A stretch of 64,000 nt of DNA from positions 16,322 through 80,321 of the forward strand of contig VBCA01000015.1 of assembly GCA_005881575.1 (NCBI GenBank), in the 5' to 3' direction. Source of the DNA: Betaproteobacteria bacterium. GTDB lineage: Bacteria > Pseudomonadota > Gammaproteobacteria > Burkholderiales > SG8-39. Below, piece by piece: positions 29,107-43,770 of this stretch. The translations under genes were made by a program, and so were the position numbers. The notes beneath the pieces were generated by a model, which was not told where the DNA came from, searched no databases, and worked only from the letters and a program-made list of their open reading frames with translations. Position 1 is the stretch's first letter. Each line of letters opens with the position of its first letter.

Positions 29107-30318
29107 ATGCCCCGCATCAGTCGCCGAACCGAGAACCTAGGCACCGAAAACGCCTTCGTCGTCCTCGCGGAAGTGAACGAGCTCGTCCGCCGGGGGAAGG
29201 ACATCATCTCCTTCTGTATCGGACAGCCGGATTTTCACACGCCCGCAAACGTCCAGGACGCGGCGGTGCGGGCGGTGCGCGAAGGCCGGCACGGCTATAC
29301 GCCTTCGGCCGGGATCGTCGAGCTGCGCGAGGCCGCCGCGCGCTACATGGGTGCCATGCGCGGGCTGAGCATCCGCCCGGAGGATGTCGTGATCGGCGGC
29401 GGGGCGAAGCCCTTCATCGCGTACTCCATCCTCTCGACCACCGACTACGGCGTCGGCGACGAGGTGATCTATCCGAATCCGGGGTTTCCGATCTACGAGT
29501 CGCAGATCGTCGCGAACGGCGCGGTACCGGTGCCGCTGCATCTGCGCGAGGCGCGCAATTTCGCCTTCGATCCGGCCGAGCTCGAATCGAAGATCACGAA
29601 AAAAACGAGGCTCGTCATCCTCAACTCGCCGCAGAATCCGACCGGCGGCATCCTGACGAAGAAGGATCTCGAAGCCATCGCGGCCATCCTGGGGCGGCAT
29701 CCCGAGGTCTGGATCTACGCCGACGAGATCTACTCGAGGCTGTGCTACGAGGGATCGTTCGCGTCGATAGCGTCCCTGCCGGGAATGCTCGAACGCACGA
29801 TCATCTCCGACGGCGCCTCCAAAACCTGGGCGATGACCGGCTGGCGCATCGGCTTCGCCTCGAACCCCGCCCTCGCGCCGCAGTTCGTGCGCTGGGTGAC
29901 GAACACGGACTCCTGCGCTTCGCACGTCAGCCAGTGGGCGGCGGTCGAGGCGATCAACGGTCCTCAGGACGATGCGCAAAAGATGCGCGACTCGTTCCTC
30001 GTGCGGCGCGACCTGATCGTAGGCTTGCTGAACGAGGCCCCGGGCGTCTCCTGCAAGACGCCGGGCGGCGCCTTCTACGCCTGGCCGAACGTGACCGAGG
30101 CCTGCCGCATGGTGGGCGTCGCGGATTCGGAGGAGTTCAGGAAGCGCCTCTTGAACGAGGCCGGGGTCGCGGTGCTCGCCGACATCCACTTCGGCGCACG
30201 CGTGCCCGGCGAGGGCCAGCACATCCGCTTCTCCTACGCCGCTTCGAAAACCGCGATCGAGCAGGGCGTCGCGCGCATGACCGAGTTCATCCACAGAAAC
30301 CGGCGTCGCGTAGCCTAA
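29107..30318 (+). CDS. PLP-dependent aminotransferase class I/II
   Basis: GQPDF, NSPQNPTG, DEIY, SKTWAMTGWRIG. Confidence 0.92.
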   Translation: MPRISRRTENLGTENAFVVLAEVNELVRRGKDIISFCIGQPDFHTPANVQDAAVRAVREGRHGYTPSAGIVELREAAARYMGAMRGLSIRPEDVVIGGGAKPFIAYSILSTTDYGVGDEVIYPNPGFPIYESQIVANGAVPVPLHLREARNFAFDPAELESKITKKTRLVILNSPQNPTGGILTKKDLEAIAAILGRHPEVWIYADEIYSRLCYEGSFASIASLPGMLERTIISDGASKTWAMTGWRIGFASNPALAPQFVRWVTNTDSCASHVSQWAAVEAINGPQDDAQKMRDSFLVRRDLIVGLLNEAPGVSCKTPGGAFYAWPNVTEACRMVGVADSEEFRKRLLNEAGVAVLADIHFGARVPGEGQHIRFSYAASKTAIEQGVARMTEFIHRNRRRVA

Positions 30319-30327
30319 AGTCCGGCG

Positions 30328-31404
30328 ATGGCGGGCGACCGGATAGTCGTAGGCATGTCGGGCGGCGTGGATTCGTCGGTCGCCGCGCTGCTCCTGAAGC
30401 GACGGGGTTTCGACGTGGTCGGCCTTTTCATGAAGAACTGGGAGGAAGACGACGACGACGAGTACTGCTCGACGCGCCAGGACCTCGTCGACTGCGCCTC
30501 GGTCGCCGAGGTGATCGGCATCGAGCTCGAGGCGGTGAATTTTTCGGCCGAGTACAAGGAGCGCGTCTTTGCGGCCTTTCTCGCGGAATATTCCGCCGGC
30601 CGCACGCCCAACCCGGACGTGCTGTGCAATGCCGAAATCAAGTTCAAGGCTTTCCTGGACCACGCGATCGCCTTGGGCGCGAAGCGCATAGCCACCGGGC
30701 ACTATGCGCGCCTGAGGGAATCGGCGGGAAGGTTCGAGCTGCTCAAGGCGGTCGATTCCGCCAAGGACCAGAGCTATTTCCTGCATCGCCTCACACAGGC
30801 GCAGCTCGCCCGCGTCGTGTTTCCTCTGGGCGACATGACGAAGACCGAGGTTCGCAGAGTCGCCCGGGAGGCCGGGTTGCACAATTTCGCCAAGCGCGAT
30901 TCGACCGGGATCTGCTTCATCGGCGAGCGGCCGTTTCGCGAGTTCCTGAACCGCTATCTGCCGAGGAAGCCCGGTCCGATGCGCACGCCCGAGGGCAAGA
31001 CCGTCGGGGAGCATATCGGGCTCTCTTTCTATACCATCGGCCAGAGAAAAGGCGTCGGCATCGGCGGCATGAAGGACTCGGCGGGCGGGGCCTGGTACGT
31101 CTGCGGCAAGGATCTGGCGAAAAACGAATTGATCGTCGTGCAAGGGCACGACCACCCGCGGCTGCTGTCGCAGAAGCTTCGCGCGGAGGATCTCGCCTGG
31201 GTGAGCGGCGCCGCGCCGCAACCGAGCTTCTCTTATGGCGCGAAGACGCGCTACCGCCAGGCCGACGCCGCCTGCCGCATCGACCGCATACGCGACGAAG
31301 ACCTCGAGGTGGAATTCTCCGCTCCTCAGTGGGCGGTGACTCCGGGCCAGTCGGTCGTTCTCTATCGCGAGGACGTGTGCCTGGGGGGAGGCGTCATTCA
31401 ATGA
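30328..31404 (+). CDS. mnmA: tRNA 2-thiouridine(34) synthase
   Basis: [37 protein letters not shown]. Confidence 0.97.
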   Translation: MAGDRIVVGMSGGVDSSVAALLLKRRGFDVVGLFMKNWEEDDDDEYCSTRQDLVDCASVAEVIGIELEAVNFSAEYKERVFAAFLAEYSAGRTPNPDVLCNAEIKFKAFLDHAIALGAKRIATGHYARLRESAGRFELLKAVDSAKDQSYFLHRLTQAQLARVVFPLGDMTKTEVRRVAREAGLHNFAKRDSTGICFIGERPFREFLNRYLPRKPGPMRTPEGKTVGEHIGLSFYTIGQRKGVGIGGMKDSAGGAWYVCGKDLAKNELIVVQGHDHPRLLSQKLRAEDLAWVSGAAPQPSFSYGAKTRYRQADAACRIDRIRDEDLEVEFSAPQWAVTPGQSVVLYREDVCLGGGVIQ

Positions 31405-31430
31405 AAAAGCCGCCCATCGGTCGGCTTTTT
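31404..31430. terminator. bidirectional intrinsic terminator
   Basis: AAAAAGCCG...CGGCTTTTT between convergent mnmA and yceI-like genes. Confidence 0.75.
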
Positions 31431-31456
31431 CTCCGCGCAGGCTCGGTCGGCCGCGC

Positions 31457-32053
31457 CTAGTCGCGAAACGCCTCGACCGAGATCCACAGCTTCACTTCAT
31501 CGCTTACCGGCCCGACGATGAATTTCATTCCGAAGTCGGAGCGATTGAACGCGCCGGTGGCGTTGCCGCCGCAGAAATAGCGCTTGCCCTGGGTGCGGGG
31601 ATCGGGCCCGCATTTCCAGCGCTCCACCGTCAGGGTGAGCGGCTTGGTCACGCCGAGCAGGGTCAGCTGGCCTTCCACCGTAGCGGGGGCATCGCCGTGC
31701 CATTTCGTCGCCGTGCCCTTGTAACTCATGGTCGGAAATTCCGCCACGTTGAAGAAGTCGGGCGAGCGCAAGTGCTCGTCGCGCGAGCGGGGGCGGCTCC
31801 CCTTGTCGTTGTCCCCGGTGCTCAGGGTGGCGGTCGGCACCGTGAGCTCGATCGTGCCGGTCTTGGCCGCGGTGTCGAGGACCAGCTTTCCCGAGATCTT
31901 CTCGAAGCGCCCCCGGATCACGGAGGTGCCCAGATGCACCGTGTCGAAGTACGGAAAACTGTGGTACGCATCGATGGTGAAGGACTCAGGCGCCGCGGCC
32001 GCCGCGAACGGCAGCGCGGCGGCGAACAGGCCAGTTGAAAATTTGCTCGACAT
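31457..32053 (-). CDS. YceI family protein
   Basis: Signal peptide, IDAYHS, RDEHLRSPDFF, LTLLGVTKP, RSDFGM. Confidence 0.9.
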   Translation of the reverse strand: MSSKFSTGLFAAALPFAAAAAPESFTIDAYHSFPYFDTVHLGTSVIRGRFEKISGKLVLDTAAKTGTIELTVPTATLSTGDNDKGSRPRSRDEHLRSPDFFNVAEFPTMSYKGTATKWHGDAPATVEGQLTLLGVTKPLTLTVERWKCGPDPRTQGKRYFCGGNATGAFNRSDFGMKFIVGPVSDEVKLWISVEAFRD

Positions 32054-32085
32054 GCCCTCTTCCTTTCGGTGGGTTGACGGTTAAT

Positions 32086-32898
32086 TCAGCCGCCCGCGTG
32101 CCAGGCGAGCGCGCAGGCAATTCCGGCCACGAAGAACCCGAACAACGACAGCAGCAGCGCCTGCAGCCAGACCGGCGCACCCGCGTTTACCGGCAAGCTC
32201 GCCGCGAGCGGCACGAGCGCGAGCGCGGCGACAGCGTACCACGGCACCTGGGCGAGGATCATGGCGGCGGCGGCGAGCAGCGCGGTGAGGAACGCGGCGG
32301 CGAGCATAAAGGTCGCGCCCGCGTGAATTTTTCTTCCGATGATCATCTGCACCAGCAGGAACGCGCCCGACCCGGCTGCGACCGCCATGCCGTACAGGCC
32401 ATAGGTCAACGAGGCGCCGAGGATCGCCGCCCCTCCGGCGCCTGCTCCGAGGGCGAGGCCGGCGGCGCCCGCGCGCACGCCGTCCTCGGCAAGGCGGCTG
32501 TGTGAGAACCCTACCGTCCAGGCCGCGGCGAGCACCGCAGTACCTCCCGGGAGCAGCGCCCGTTCGAGGCCCTTCGGCGCGAGTATCGGCCAGAAAATCC
32601 ATGCCGCTGCGGCGGCTCCCGCCAAGGCGAGCGCCCATGCCTCGAAACGCGTGGGGCGGAAAGCGAAATCGATGACGATGCCCGCCAGCGGCGCGGCGAA
32701 TCCCAGAAGGATGATCTTGCGCGTCGCGGTGAGCGGCTCAAAAGTGAATCCGGCGATGAAATATACCGCCGTGGCGAATGCGGCGACGACCGCGAGTCCG
32801 CCGAGGCGGAAGGGCGCGAGGAGCGCGGCGACGGTCAGCGCGGCAATGAAAGGCGCGAGGCCGCCCTGGACGGCTGGATTGGCGAGCATTTCCTGCAT
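32086..32898 (-). CDS. hypothetical multi-pass membrane protein
   Basis: MQEMLANPAVQ...; many hydrophobic Ala/Leu-rich segments. Confidence 0.75.
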   Translation of the reverse strand: MQEMLANPAVQGGLAPFIAALTVAALLAPFRLGGLAVVAAFATAVYFIAGFTFEPLTATRKIILLGFAAPLAGIVIDFAFRPTRFEAWALALAGAAAAAWIFWPILAPKGLERALLPGGTAVLAAAWTVGFSHSRLAEDGVRAGAAGLALGAGAGGAAILGASLTYGLYGMAVAAGSGAFLLVQMIIGRKIHAGATFMLAAAFLTALLAAAAMILAQVPWYAVAALALVPLAASLPVNAGAPVWLQALLLSLFGFFVAGIACALAWHAGG

Positions 32899-32950
32899 TG
32901 CGCGTTGTCGGGCAGACTGGATCCGGAGCGGAGCTCGGCGCGCCGAGCCG

Positions 32951-33559
32951 TCATTCCTTCGGAACCGTATCGGCGAACGACTGGCGCTCTGAGAGCTTCG
33001 CGAACGCCCGCGCGAGATTGGCGTGAGTCTTCTTCCAGTCCATCTTGGCATACCGGAAATCGAGCCAGCCTAGGCACACGCCGACGGCAATGTCGGCGAG
33101 GCTGTAGGCGTTGCCCACGCACCAAGGCTTGTCGTCCAGCTCGGAATCCATTGCGGCGAGCCCGGCGCGGACCTTTCCCATCTGGCGCTCGATCCACGGC
33201 GCGCTCCGCAGCTTCGTCTCGCGCTGGTTTTCCAGCCGTGCGAGCACGCCCGCGTCGAGCACGCCGTCGGCGAGCGCCTCCCAGCGCCGCGCTTCGACGC
33301 CCTCGCGGTTTCCCGCGGGCACGAGCCGCGCAATCGGCGAGGCGTTGTCCAGAAACCCGACGATCACTCGTGAATCGAACAGCGTCCTGCCGTCGTCGAG
33401 CAGCAGCGCGGGTACCTTGCCGAGCGGGTTGAGCTTCGCCGCTTTGGCGTCGGGTTTCCAAGGGTCGTCGATCTCGAAATCGAAATCGATTTTCTTTTCC
33501 GCCAGCACGATGCGCACCTTGCGCGTATACGGGCTGGCGAGGGAGCCGATGAGCTTCAT
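32951..33559 (-). CDS. glutathione S-transferase
   Basis: SPYTRKV, NPLGKVP, DSRVI, SLADIA. Confidence 0.92.
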   Translation of the reverse strand: MKLIGSLASPYTRKVRIVLAEKKIDFDFEIDDPWKPDAKAAKLNPLGKVPALLLDDGRTLFDSRVIVGFLDNASPIARLVPAGNREGVEARRWEALADGVLDAGVLARLENQRETKLRSAPWIERQMGKVRAGLAAMDSELDDKPWCVGNAYSLADIAVGVCLGWLDFRYAKMDWKKTHANLARAFAKLSERQSFADTVPKE

Positions 33560-33569
33560 TCGGATGAGC

Positions 33570-35583
<2,014 letters not shown>

Positions 35584-35593
35584 AAGACCGATC

Positions 35594-36790
35594 TTGACTC
35601 CCCCAGCCTTGCGCCGGGTTCTTGCCGATTTCGGCGGCGTCTACTTCGTCAACGGCCTGGTCGCGTTCATCTTCGCGGCTTCCGGCCCGGTCGCGATCAT
35701 CCTCGCGGTGGGCACGCGCGGGGCGCTGGCGCCGTCGGATCTGTCCTCGTGGATATTCGGCGCGTTCTTCGTGAACGGGCTGATCAGCATCGCCTTCTGC
35801 TGGTTCTACCGGCAGCCGCTGGTTTTCTTCTGGACGATTCCCGGGACGGTGCTGGTCGGGCCCGCGCTCGGCCACCTGAGCTACGCGGAGGTGATCGGCG
35901 CGTACATCGCGACCGGTATTCTGATGCTCGCGCTCGGCCTCTCCGGATGGGTGCGGCGCGCGATGGAGGCCGTGCCGATGCCGATCGTGATGGGCATGGT
36001 GGCGGGCGTGTTCCTGCGCTTCGGGCTCGATCTCGTGTTCGCCGTCCGCGACGACTTCTGGATTGCCGCGCCGATGGTGGCCGCGTTTGTCGCGATCAGC
36101 GCCTCTCAGCGGCTCGCGCGGCTCGTGCCGCCGCTCATCGGTGCTCTGGCCGTCGGCGTAATCGCGATAGCACTGATCGGCAGATTCGAGGCCACGGCGC
36201 AGACTGTCGCGCTGGCGCACCCGAATTTCTACTCGCCGGCATTTTCCTGGCGCGCGATGGTGGAGCTGGTCGTGCCGCTGGCGATCACCGTGCTCGTGGT
36301 GCAGAACGGGCAGGGTATCACGGTGCTGCGCTCCGCCGGCCACGCCCCGCCCGTCGACGCGGTGGCCGCCGCGTGCGGCGCCGGCTCGATCGTCACGGCC
36401 TTCATCGGCGCGGTTTCGACCTGCCTCACAGGCCCGGTGAACGCGATCATCTCGTCCTCCGGAGACAGGCGCCGGCACTATACCGCAGGGATCTTCGTCG
36501 GCATGCTTGCGCTCGCCTTCGGTCTGTTCGCGCCTTTTTTCACCCGCCTAATGCTGGCGGCGCCCAAAGCCTTCATCGCCGCGCTCGCGGGCCTGGCGAT
36601 GCTGCGCGTGCTGCAGACCGCGTTCACGGTGAGCTTTCGGGACCGCTTCGCGCTCGGTGCGCTGGTGACGTTTCTCGTGACCGTCGCCGACGTTCCCATC
36701 CTCAATATCGGGGCGCCGTTCTGGGGGCTCGTGTTCGGGTACTGCGCGTCGCGCCTGCTCGAGCGCAGCGACTTTCCGGCGCGCGGGTGA
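35594..36790 (+). CDS. benzoate/H+ symporter BenE family transporter
   Basis: Multi-TM; YRQP...WTIPG, VVQNGQG, GAPFWG. Confidence 0.85.
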   Translation: MTPPALRRVLADFGGVYFVNGLVAFIFAASGPVAIILAVGTRGALAPSDLSSWIFGAFFVNGLISIAFCWFYRQPLVFFWTIPGTVLVGPALGHLSYAEVIGAYIATGILMLALGLSGWVRRAMEAVPMPIVMGMVAGVFLRFGLDLVFAVRDDFWIAAPMVAAFVAISASQRLARLVPPLIGALAVGVIAIALIGRFEATAQTVALAHPNFYSPAFSWRAMVELVVPLAITVLVVQNGQGITVLRSAGHAPPVDAVAAACGAGSIVTAFIGAVSTCLTGPVNAIISSSGDRRRHYTAGIFVGMLALAFGLFAPFFTRLMLAAPKAFIAALAGLAMLRVLQTAFTVSFRDRFALGALVTFLVTVADVPILNIGAPFWGLVFGYCASRLLERSDFPARG

Positions 36791-36791
36791 A

Positions 36792-37679
36792 TTAGCTTTT
36801 CTTCTCGCTCGGAAGCGACGGAAGGGTGCGCAGGTAGGCGACCAGCGCGTCCAGATCGGGAGCGGTGAGTTTGCTGGTCGTATTGGTGACGACCTCGCCC
36901 ATCGATTCGGCGGGAACATCGCCGTCGGGCGTGAAGCCGGTCACGAGGAAATCCTTCAGCTCCTTGTCGTCCCACTTCCTGAGTCCCGTCGGGGTGAGAT
37001 TGGCGACGGCCTTGCCGTCGGGGGCTTTGCCGCCGGCTAGATAGCGGCTAGACTTCGGGCCGCCGAGGAAATTGCGCGGCGTGTGGCACTCGCTGCAATG
37101 CCCGAGGGCCTGCACCAGATAGGCGCCGCGGTTGGCGATGTCGCTCAGGCCCGGTATGTTCGTGAATGGGCCGGGCGTGAAGAAGAACCACTTCCAGAAG
37201 GTGACCACCCAGCGCCAGCCGAAAAAGAACCAGAGATCGTGCTCCTTGCTCGGATGCGCGCTCGGCGGGAGTGTGCGCAGATAGGCCCAAAGGTCGCGAA
37301 GATCGCCGTCGACGATCTTGGTAAACGACGGATAAGGAAACGCGGGGAAATAGTTCGAGCCGTCTGGCCGCTCCCCGACCCGTATCGCACGTATGAAATC
37401 CGCCTCGGTCCAGCTTCCGATCCCCGCCTTCGGGTGCGGCGTGATGTTCGGGCCGTAGAAGGTGCCGAAGGGAGTCTTGAGCGCGCGCCCGCCCGCGAAG
37501 GGAACGGCGCCCTCCTTCTCCTCCGTGTGGCACCCGACGCAGCCCGCGGCCTTCGCGAGATACTCCCCGCGTTTCGCGTCGCCCTGCGCCGCCGTGTTGC
37601 CCGACCACGCGACGGCGAGCAACGCACACTCGCAGACGCGCAACGCTACTTTCAGGTGGACGCGGAGGGTACTGCGCAT
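36792..37679 (-). CDS. di-haem c-type cytochrome (dehydrogenase cytochrome subunit-like)
   Basis: Two CxxCH (CVGCH, CSECH), TPFGTFYGPNITP, YFPAFPY; start approximate. Confidence 0.88.
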   Translation of the reverse strand: MRSTLRVHLKVALRVCECALLAVAWSGNTAAQGDAKRGEYLAKAAGCVGCHTEEKEGAVPFAGGRALKTPFGTFYGPNITPHPKAGIGSWTEADFIRAIRVGERPDGSNYFPAFPYPSFTKIVDGDLRDLWAYLRTLPPSAHPSKEHDLWFFFGWRWVVTFWKWFFFTPGPFTNIPGLSDIANRGAYLVQALGHCSECHTPRNFLGGPKSSRYLAGGKAPDGKAVANLTPTGLRKWDDKELKDFLVTGFTPDGDVPAESMGEVVTNTTSKLTAPDLDALVAYLRTLPSLPSEKKS

Positions 37680-37701
37680 CTGCCGATTATGCATCATCGG
37701 C

Positions 37702-37730
37702 AAAAAAGAAAGCCCCGCCGAGGCGGGGCT
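37702..37730 (-). terminator. intrinsic terminator after cytochrome c'
   Basis: AGCCCCGCC-TC-GGCGGGGCT then TTCTTTTTT. Confidence 0.75.
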
Positions 37731-37748
37731 CTCTCGAGAAAACGCGCG

Positions 37749-38213
37749 CTACTGTTTTTCGCGGAAATGCTCGTGGCAAGCGCCGCAGGCCTTGCCGACG
37801 CCGCCGATCGCCGTTTTTTGCGCGGCCTCATCGCCACCTCTGGAAACCGCGACCAACCCCTGGACGGCTCTCTGGAAATTGTCCTGCGCCTCCTTGAACT
37901 TGGCCGGTTCGTCCCAGATCGCCGGCAGAGCGGCGGTCTTAACGGTCGCCCCCTTGCTGGCGGGCGCGAAACCGTCCCAGGGCATTCTGCTGAGGGCGTC
38001 GAGCATGGCGGCGTTGAATGCGACGGTTTCGGCGTTGTAGGGGACTTTGCCCTGGGCCATGCCGCCCAGCGGGCCCATGTACTTGCCCTGCAGGGTCATC
38101 GCTGCCTGGCGCTGTTTGACCAATATCTCGGGCTTGACCTGCGAGAAGGCGGTGAGCGTGTGTCCCGCCCCCAGCGCCAGGGCAAATCCGGCCAGCAGAA
38201 GCCTCTTTTTCAT
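37749..38213 (-). CDS. cytochrome c' / c556
   Basis: Signal peptide, RQAAM, ALPAIW, C-terminal CGACH. Confidence 0.92.
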   Translation of the reverse strand: MKKRLLLAGFALALGAGHTLTAFSQVKPEILVKQRQAAMTLQGKYMGPLGGMAQGKVPYNAETVAFNAAMLDALSRMPWDGFAPASKGATVKTAALPAIWDEPAKFKEAQDNFQRAVQGLVAVSRGGDEAAQKTAIGGVGKACGACHEHFREKQ

Positions 38214-38343
38214 TCGATTTCTCCTCAGTTGTAGGGACGTGCTTGTTGGGACATGCGGACGTCATTGTAGCGGCGTTTGCCGCATGGGTGGCATAACAGT
38301 TTCCGGCCGCGGTTTATTCCAGCGACGGGGCAGCGGCCCTCGC

Positions 38344-39279
38344 TCAAATGACCGCTTCCTGCTTCTTTTCCTTGAGCGGCTTCACCAAGTCCTCGCGCCG
38401 GATGCCCAGCCAGCGCACGATCGGCGCCATGACCAGCACAGAGGAATAGATCCCGAAACAGATGCCGATGGTGAGGGCGAGCGCAAAGTAGTGCAGGGCC
38501 GGTCCTCCGAACACGAGCATCGAGGTCACCATCGTCTGGGTGCAGCCGTGGGTGATGATCGTGCGCGAGATCGTCCGGGTGATGGCGTTGTCGATGATCT
38601 CGGTGACGCTCGCCTTTCTCATCTTCCGGAAATTTTCCCGGATCCGGTCGGCGATCACCACCGACTCGTTCACCGAGTAGCCGAGCACCGCGAGCACGGC
38701 GGCGAGGACGGGCAGCGAGAACTCCCACTGGAACAGGGCGAAAAAACCCAGGATGATCACCACGTCGTGCAGGTTGGCGATGATCGCCGCGACCCCGAAT
38801 TTCCATTCGAAGCGGACCCAGAGGTATAGGACGATACCAATAGCGGTGACGAACAGGGCAAGAGCGCCGTTCCACGCAAGTTCTTCGCCAACCTGCGGGC
38901 CGACGAACTCGACACGCTGCAACTTGGCCGTCTTGTCGTCGGCTGTGAGTCCCTCCATTACCGATTTCGAGAGATCGGCGTTGTTCTGACCGGTCTTAAG
39001 CGGCATGCGGATGAGGATGTCGCGTGAGGAGCCGAAGTTCTGCACCGAATAGTCGTTGTAGCCACGCGCATCGAGGGCCTTGCGGACTTTCTCGACGTCG
39101 GCGGCGTGTTCGTAGTTGATCTCTATTACTGTGCCGCCGGTAAACTCGATCGAAAAATTCAGACCCCTGGTGGCGAGGAAAAATACCGCGAACAGGAAAG
39201 TGACGAGCGACACCACATTGAACGCCAGCGCATGGCGCATGAACGGGATGTCGTGTCGGATTTTGAAGAACTCCATCAA
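38344..39279 (-). CDS. secF: protein translocase subunit SecF
   Basis: IEFTGG, VGPQVG, HDV, GYSVNESVV. Confidence 0.96.
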   Translation of the reverse strand: MMEFFKIRHDIPFMRHALAFNVVSLVTFLFAVFFLATRGLNFSIEFTGGTVIEINYEHAADVEKVRKALDARGYNDYSVQNFGSSRDILIRMPLKTGQNNADLSKSVMEGLTADDKTAKLQRVEFVGPQVGEELAWNGALALFVTAIGIVLYLWVRFEWKFGVAAIIANLHDVVIILGFFALFQWEFSLPVLAAVLAVLGYSVNESVVIADRIRENFRKMRKASVTEIIDNAITRTISRTIITHGCTQTMVTSMLVFGGPALHYFALALTIGICFGIYSSVLVMAPIVRWLGIRREDLVKPLKEKKQEAVI

Positions 39280-39358
39280 CGTGTCCTAATCTTGGATCGG
39301 CACGGAGAAAACGCAGATCCGAGGGTCTCTGTCAGAGAGCACCGGTGAAAATGCGCGG

Positions 39359-41206
39359 TTATTTCCACGATGTATTTCCGATCGGTACCCGCTCGAGCCT
39401 TCTGCGCGAGCCGTAGGTGAGATTCACCATGCTTCTGCTCACCACGACCGAGGAAAAGATCGACGTCAGGATGCCTAGGCAGTGCACCACGGCGAACCCG
39501 CGCACCGGCCCCGAGCCGAAAATGAGGAGCGAAAGCCCCGCGATCAGCGTGGTAACGTTGGAGTCGAGGATGGTGCCGAAGGCGCGCTCGTATCCGGCGT
39601 GGATCGCCGCCTGAGGGGTGGCACCGCCGCGCAGCTCCTCGCGCACTCGCTCGTTGATGAGGACGTTGGCGTCGATCGCCATGCCGAGCGTGAGCGCGAT
39701 CGCGGCGATGCCGGGAAGGGTGAGCGTGGCCTGGAGCATCGATAGCAGCGCGACGAGCAGCAGCAGATTGGAACACAACGCGAGCGCCGAGAACACCCCG
39801 AACACCGCGTAGTACGCGATGATGAATAGCGACAACGCAGCGAAGCCGTAGATGGTCGAGTCGAACCCCTTCTTGATGTTCTCGGCACCGAGCGACGGCC
39901 CCACCGTGCGCTCCTCTATGATCTCCATGGGTGCGGCGAGCGAGCCGGCGCGGATGAGCAGCGCGAGAGTATTGGTCTCTTCCGGCGTGAACAAGCCGGT
40001 TATCTGGAAACGGTTTGAAAACTCGCCTTGTATCTTTGCCACTGAAATCGCTTCGCCCTTGCCGCGTTCGAAGAGGATGATGGCCATGAGATGGCCCAGA
40101 TTTTCCCGCGTAACACCCAGCATCACGCGGCCGCCGGCGGCATCCAGATTTATCGAAACGGCAGGCTGCTGATGCTGGTCGAACGTCGCTCCCGCGCCGG
40201 TGAAGCGGTCACCGGTCAACAGAACTTGCTTTCTCGTCGGCACGTTGGACACCGAGCCGTCTCGCCTTCGTTCGGGAAAGACGTCCACGTTGATTGTGCT
40301 GTTGGAGCGCATCGCGTCCTCGTCCACCAGCCGCACTTCGAGTGTCGCGGTGCGGCCGAGGATCTCCTTCGCCTTCGCGGTATCTTGCACGCCAGGGAGC
40401 TCCACTACCACGCGGTCCAGGCCCTGCTGCTGGATCACGGGCTCGGCGACGCCCAGCTCGTTGATGCGGTTGTGCAGCGTCTGGATGTTCTGCTTGAGCG
40501 CGGTTTCCTGGATCCGCTTTTGAGCCTCGGGGCGGATCGAGGCGATGAGGCGCAGCTCGCTGTCCGCGCCGGCGTCGGCGAGCTGCAGGTCGGGGAACTG
40601 CTCGGCGACGAGCGTGCGCGCCCTGTCGCGGGTCTCGGAGTCGCGGAACTGAATGGCGATGCCGTTGCTTTCGCGCGCGATCCCGGCATGGCGCACATTC
40701 TTGTCGCGCAGCTGCGAACGGATATCCCCGACATAGCTGTCGAGCTGCTTGGAGAGCGCCGCGCGCATGTCAACCTGAAGCAGGAAATGCACCCCGCCAC
40801 GCAGATCGAGGCCGAGGTACATCGGCCTCGCGGGTATTATCGGAATCGCTGCGAGCCAGGCTGGGGAATTCGACAGCAGATTCAACGCGACCGTATATGA
40901 GGGATCCTGCGGATCGGGGTTGAGCGCCTGGTTGATGACGTCCTTGGCTTTCAGCTGGGTATCGGTATCCGCGAACCGCACCTTGACGGAATTGATGTCG
41001 AGGAAAACCCCGGTCGGCTGGATGCCGGCTTTCTTGAGCGCGTCCTCGACTCGGCCGAGCACGGTGCTGTCGATCTTCAAGGTGGTGCGCGCCGTTGACA
41101 CCTGTACCGCCGGCGCCTCGCCGAAAAAATTGGGCAGCGTATAGAGGAGCCCGAGCGCCAACGCAACTGCGATGGTGACGTAGATCCAGCGGGGGTAACG
41201 GTTCAT
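39359..41206 (-). CDS. secD: protein translocase subunit SecD
   Basis: LGLDLRGG, GVAEP, GPSLG, IDANVLINER. Confidence 0.97.
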   Translation of the reverse strand: MNRYPRWIYVTIAVALALGLLYTLPNFFGEAPAVQVSTARTTLKIDSTVLGRVEDALKKAGIQPTGVFLDINSVKVRFADTDTQLKAKDVINQALNPDPQDPSYTVALNLLSNSPAWLAAIPIIPARPMYLGLDLRGGVHFLLQVDMRAALSKQLDSYVGDIRSQLRDKNVRHAGIARESNGIAIQFRDSETRDRARTLVAEQFPDLQLADAGADSELRLIASIRPEAQKRIQETALKQNIQTLHNRINELGVAEPVIQQQGLDRVVVELPGVQDTAKAKEILGRTATLEVRLVDEDAMRSNSTINVDVFPERRRDGSVSNVPTRKQVLLTGDRFTGAGATFDQHQQPAVSINLDAAGGRVMLGVTRENLGHLMAIILFERGKGEAISVAKIQGEFSNRFQITGLFTPEETNTLALLIRAGSLAAPMEIIEERTVGPSLGAENIKKGFDSTIYGFAALSLFIIAYYAVFGVFSALALCSNLLLLVALLSMLQATLTLPGIAAIALTLGMAIDANVLINERVREELRGGATPQAAIHAGYERAFGTILDSNVTTLIAGLSLLIFGSGPVRGFAVVHCLGILTSIFSSVVVSRSMVNLTYGSRRRLERVPIGNTSWK

Positions 41207-41530
41207 CTAGATCGACTTGATCGTGCCTTTGGGCAGAAGCGTCTGGATCGCGCTCCTTTGCATCTGCACCTCGGTGCCGGGCGCGATCTCGATCGAAACG
41301 TAGGTTTCGCCGATCTTGGTGATCTTCCCGAGTACCCCGCCCGAGGTGACGACCTCGTCGCCTTTTTGCAGCGCTTCTGTCATTTGCTTATGTTCCTTCG
41401 CGCGCTTCATCTGTGGACGGATCATGAGGAAATAGAGCAGGGCGAACATGCCGATGATGATGAAGAACTGCTCGTAGCCGGGGCCGGACGCGCCAGCCGG
41501 GGCCTGCGCCCATGCGGGGGAAATCAACAC
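41207..41530 (-). CDS. yajC: preprotein translocase subunit YajC
   Basis: YFLMIRPQ, GDEVVTSGG. Confidence 0.95.
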   Translation of the reverse strand: MLISPAWAQAPAGASGPGYEQFFIIIGMFALLYFLMIRPQMKRAKEHKQMTEALQKGDEVVTSGGVLGKITKIGETYVSIEIAPGTEVQMQRSAIQTLLPKGTIKSI

Positions 41531-41588
41531 GATCGTCTCCGATGCGATTACGGCAAGGCGGGGAAGTATACCATCGGGAACTCGCCGT

Positions 41589-43729
<2,141 letters not shown>

Positions 43730-43740
43730 GGCCGTGCCGT

Positions 43741-43746
43741 TATAAT
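43741..43746 (+). promoter_or_regulatory. -10 box for tRNA-Leu
   Basis: TATAAT about 25 bp upstream of the tRNA. Confidence 0.5.
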
Positions 43747-43770
43747 GCACGCGCTTTCACGCAGCAACCA

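Noticed and set aside
39280-39358. secD-secF intergenic spacer as ncRNA or repeat
   Set aside because: Only short imperfect hairpins; no recognisable family or second copy
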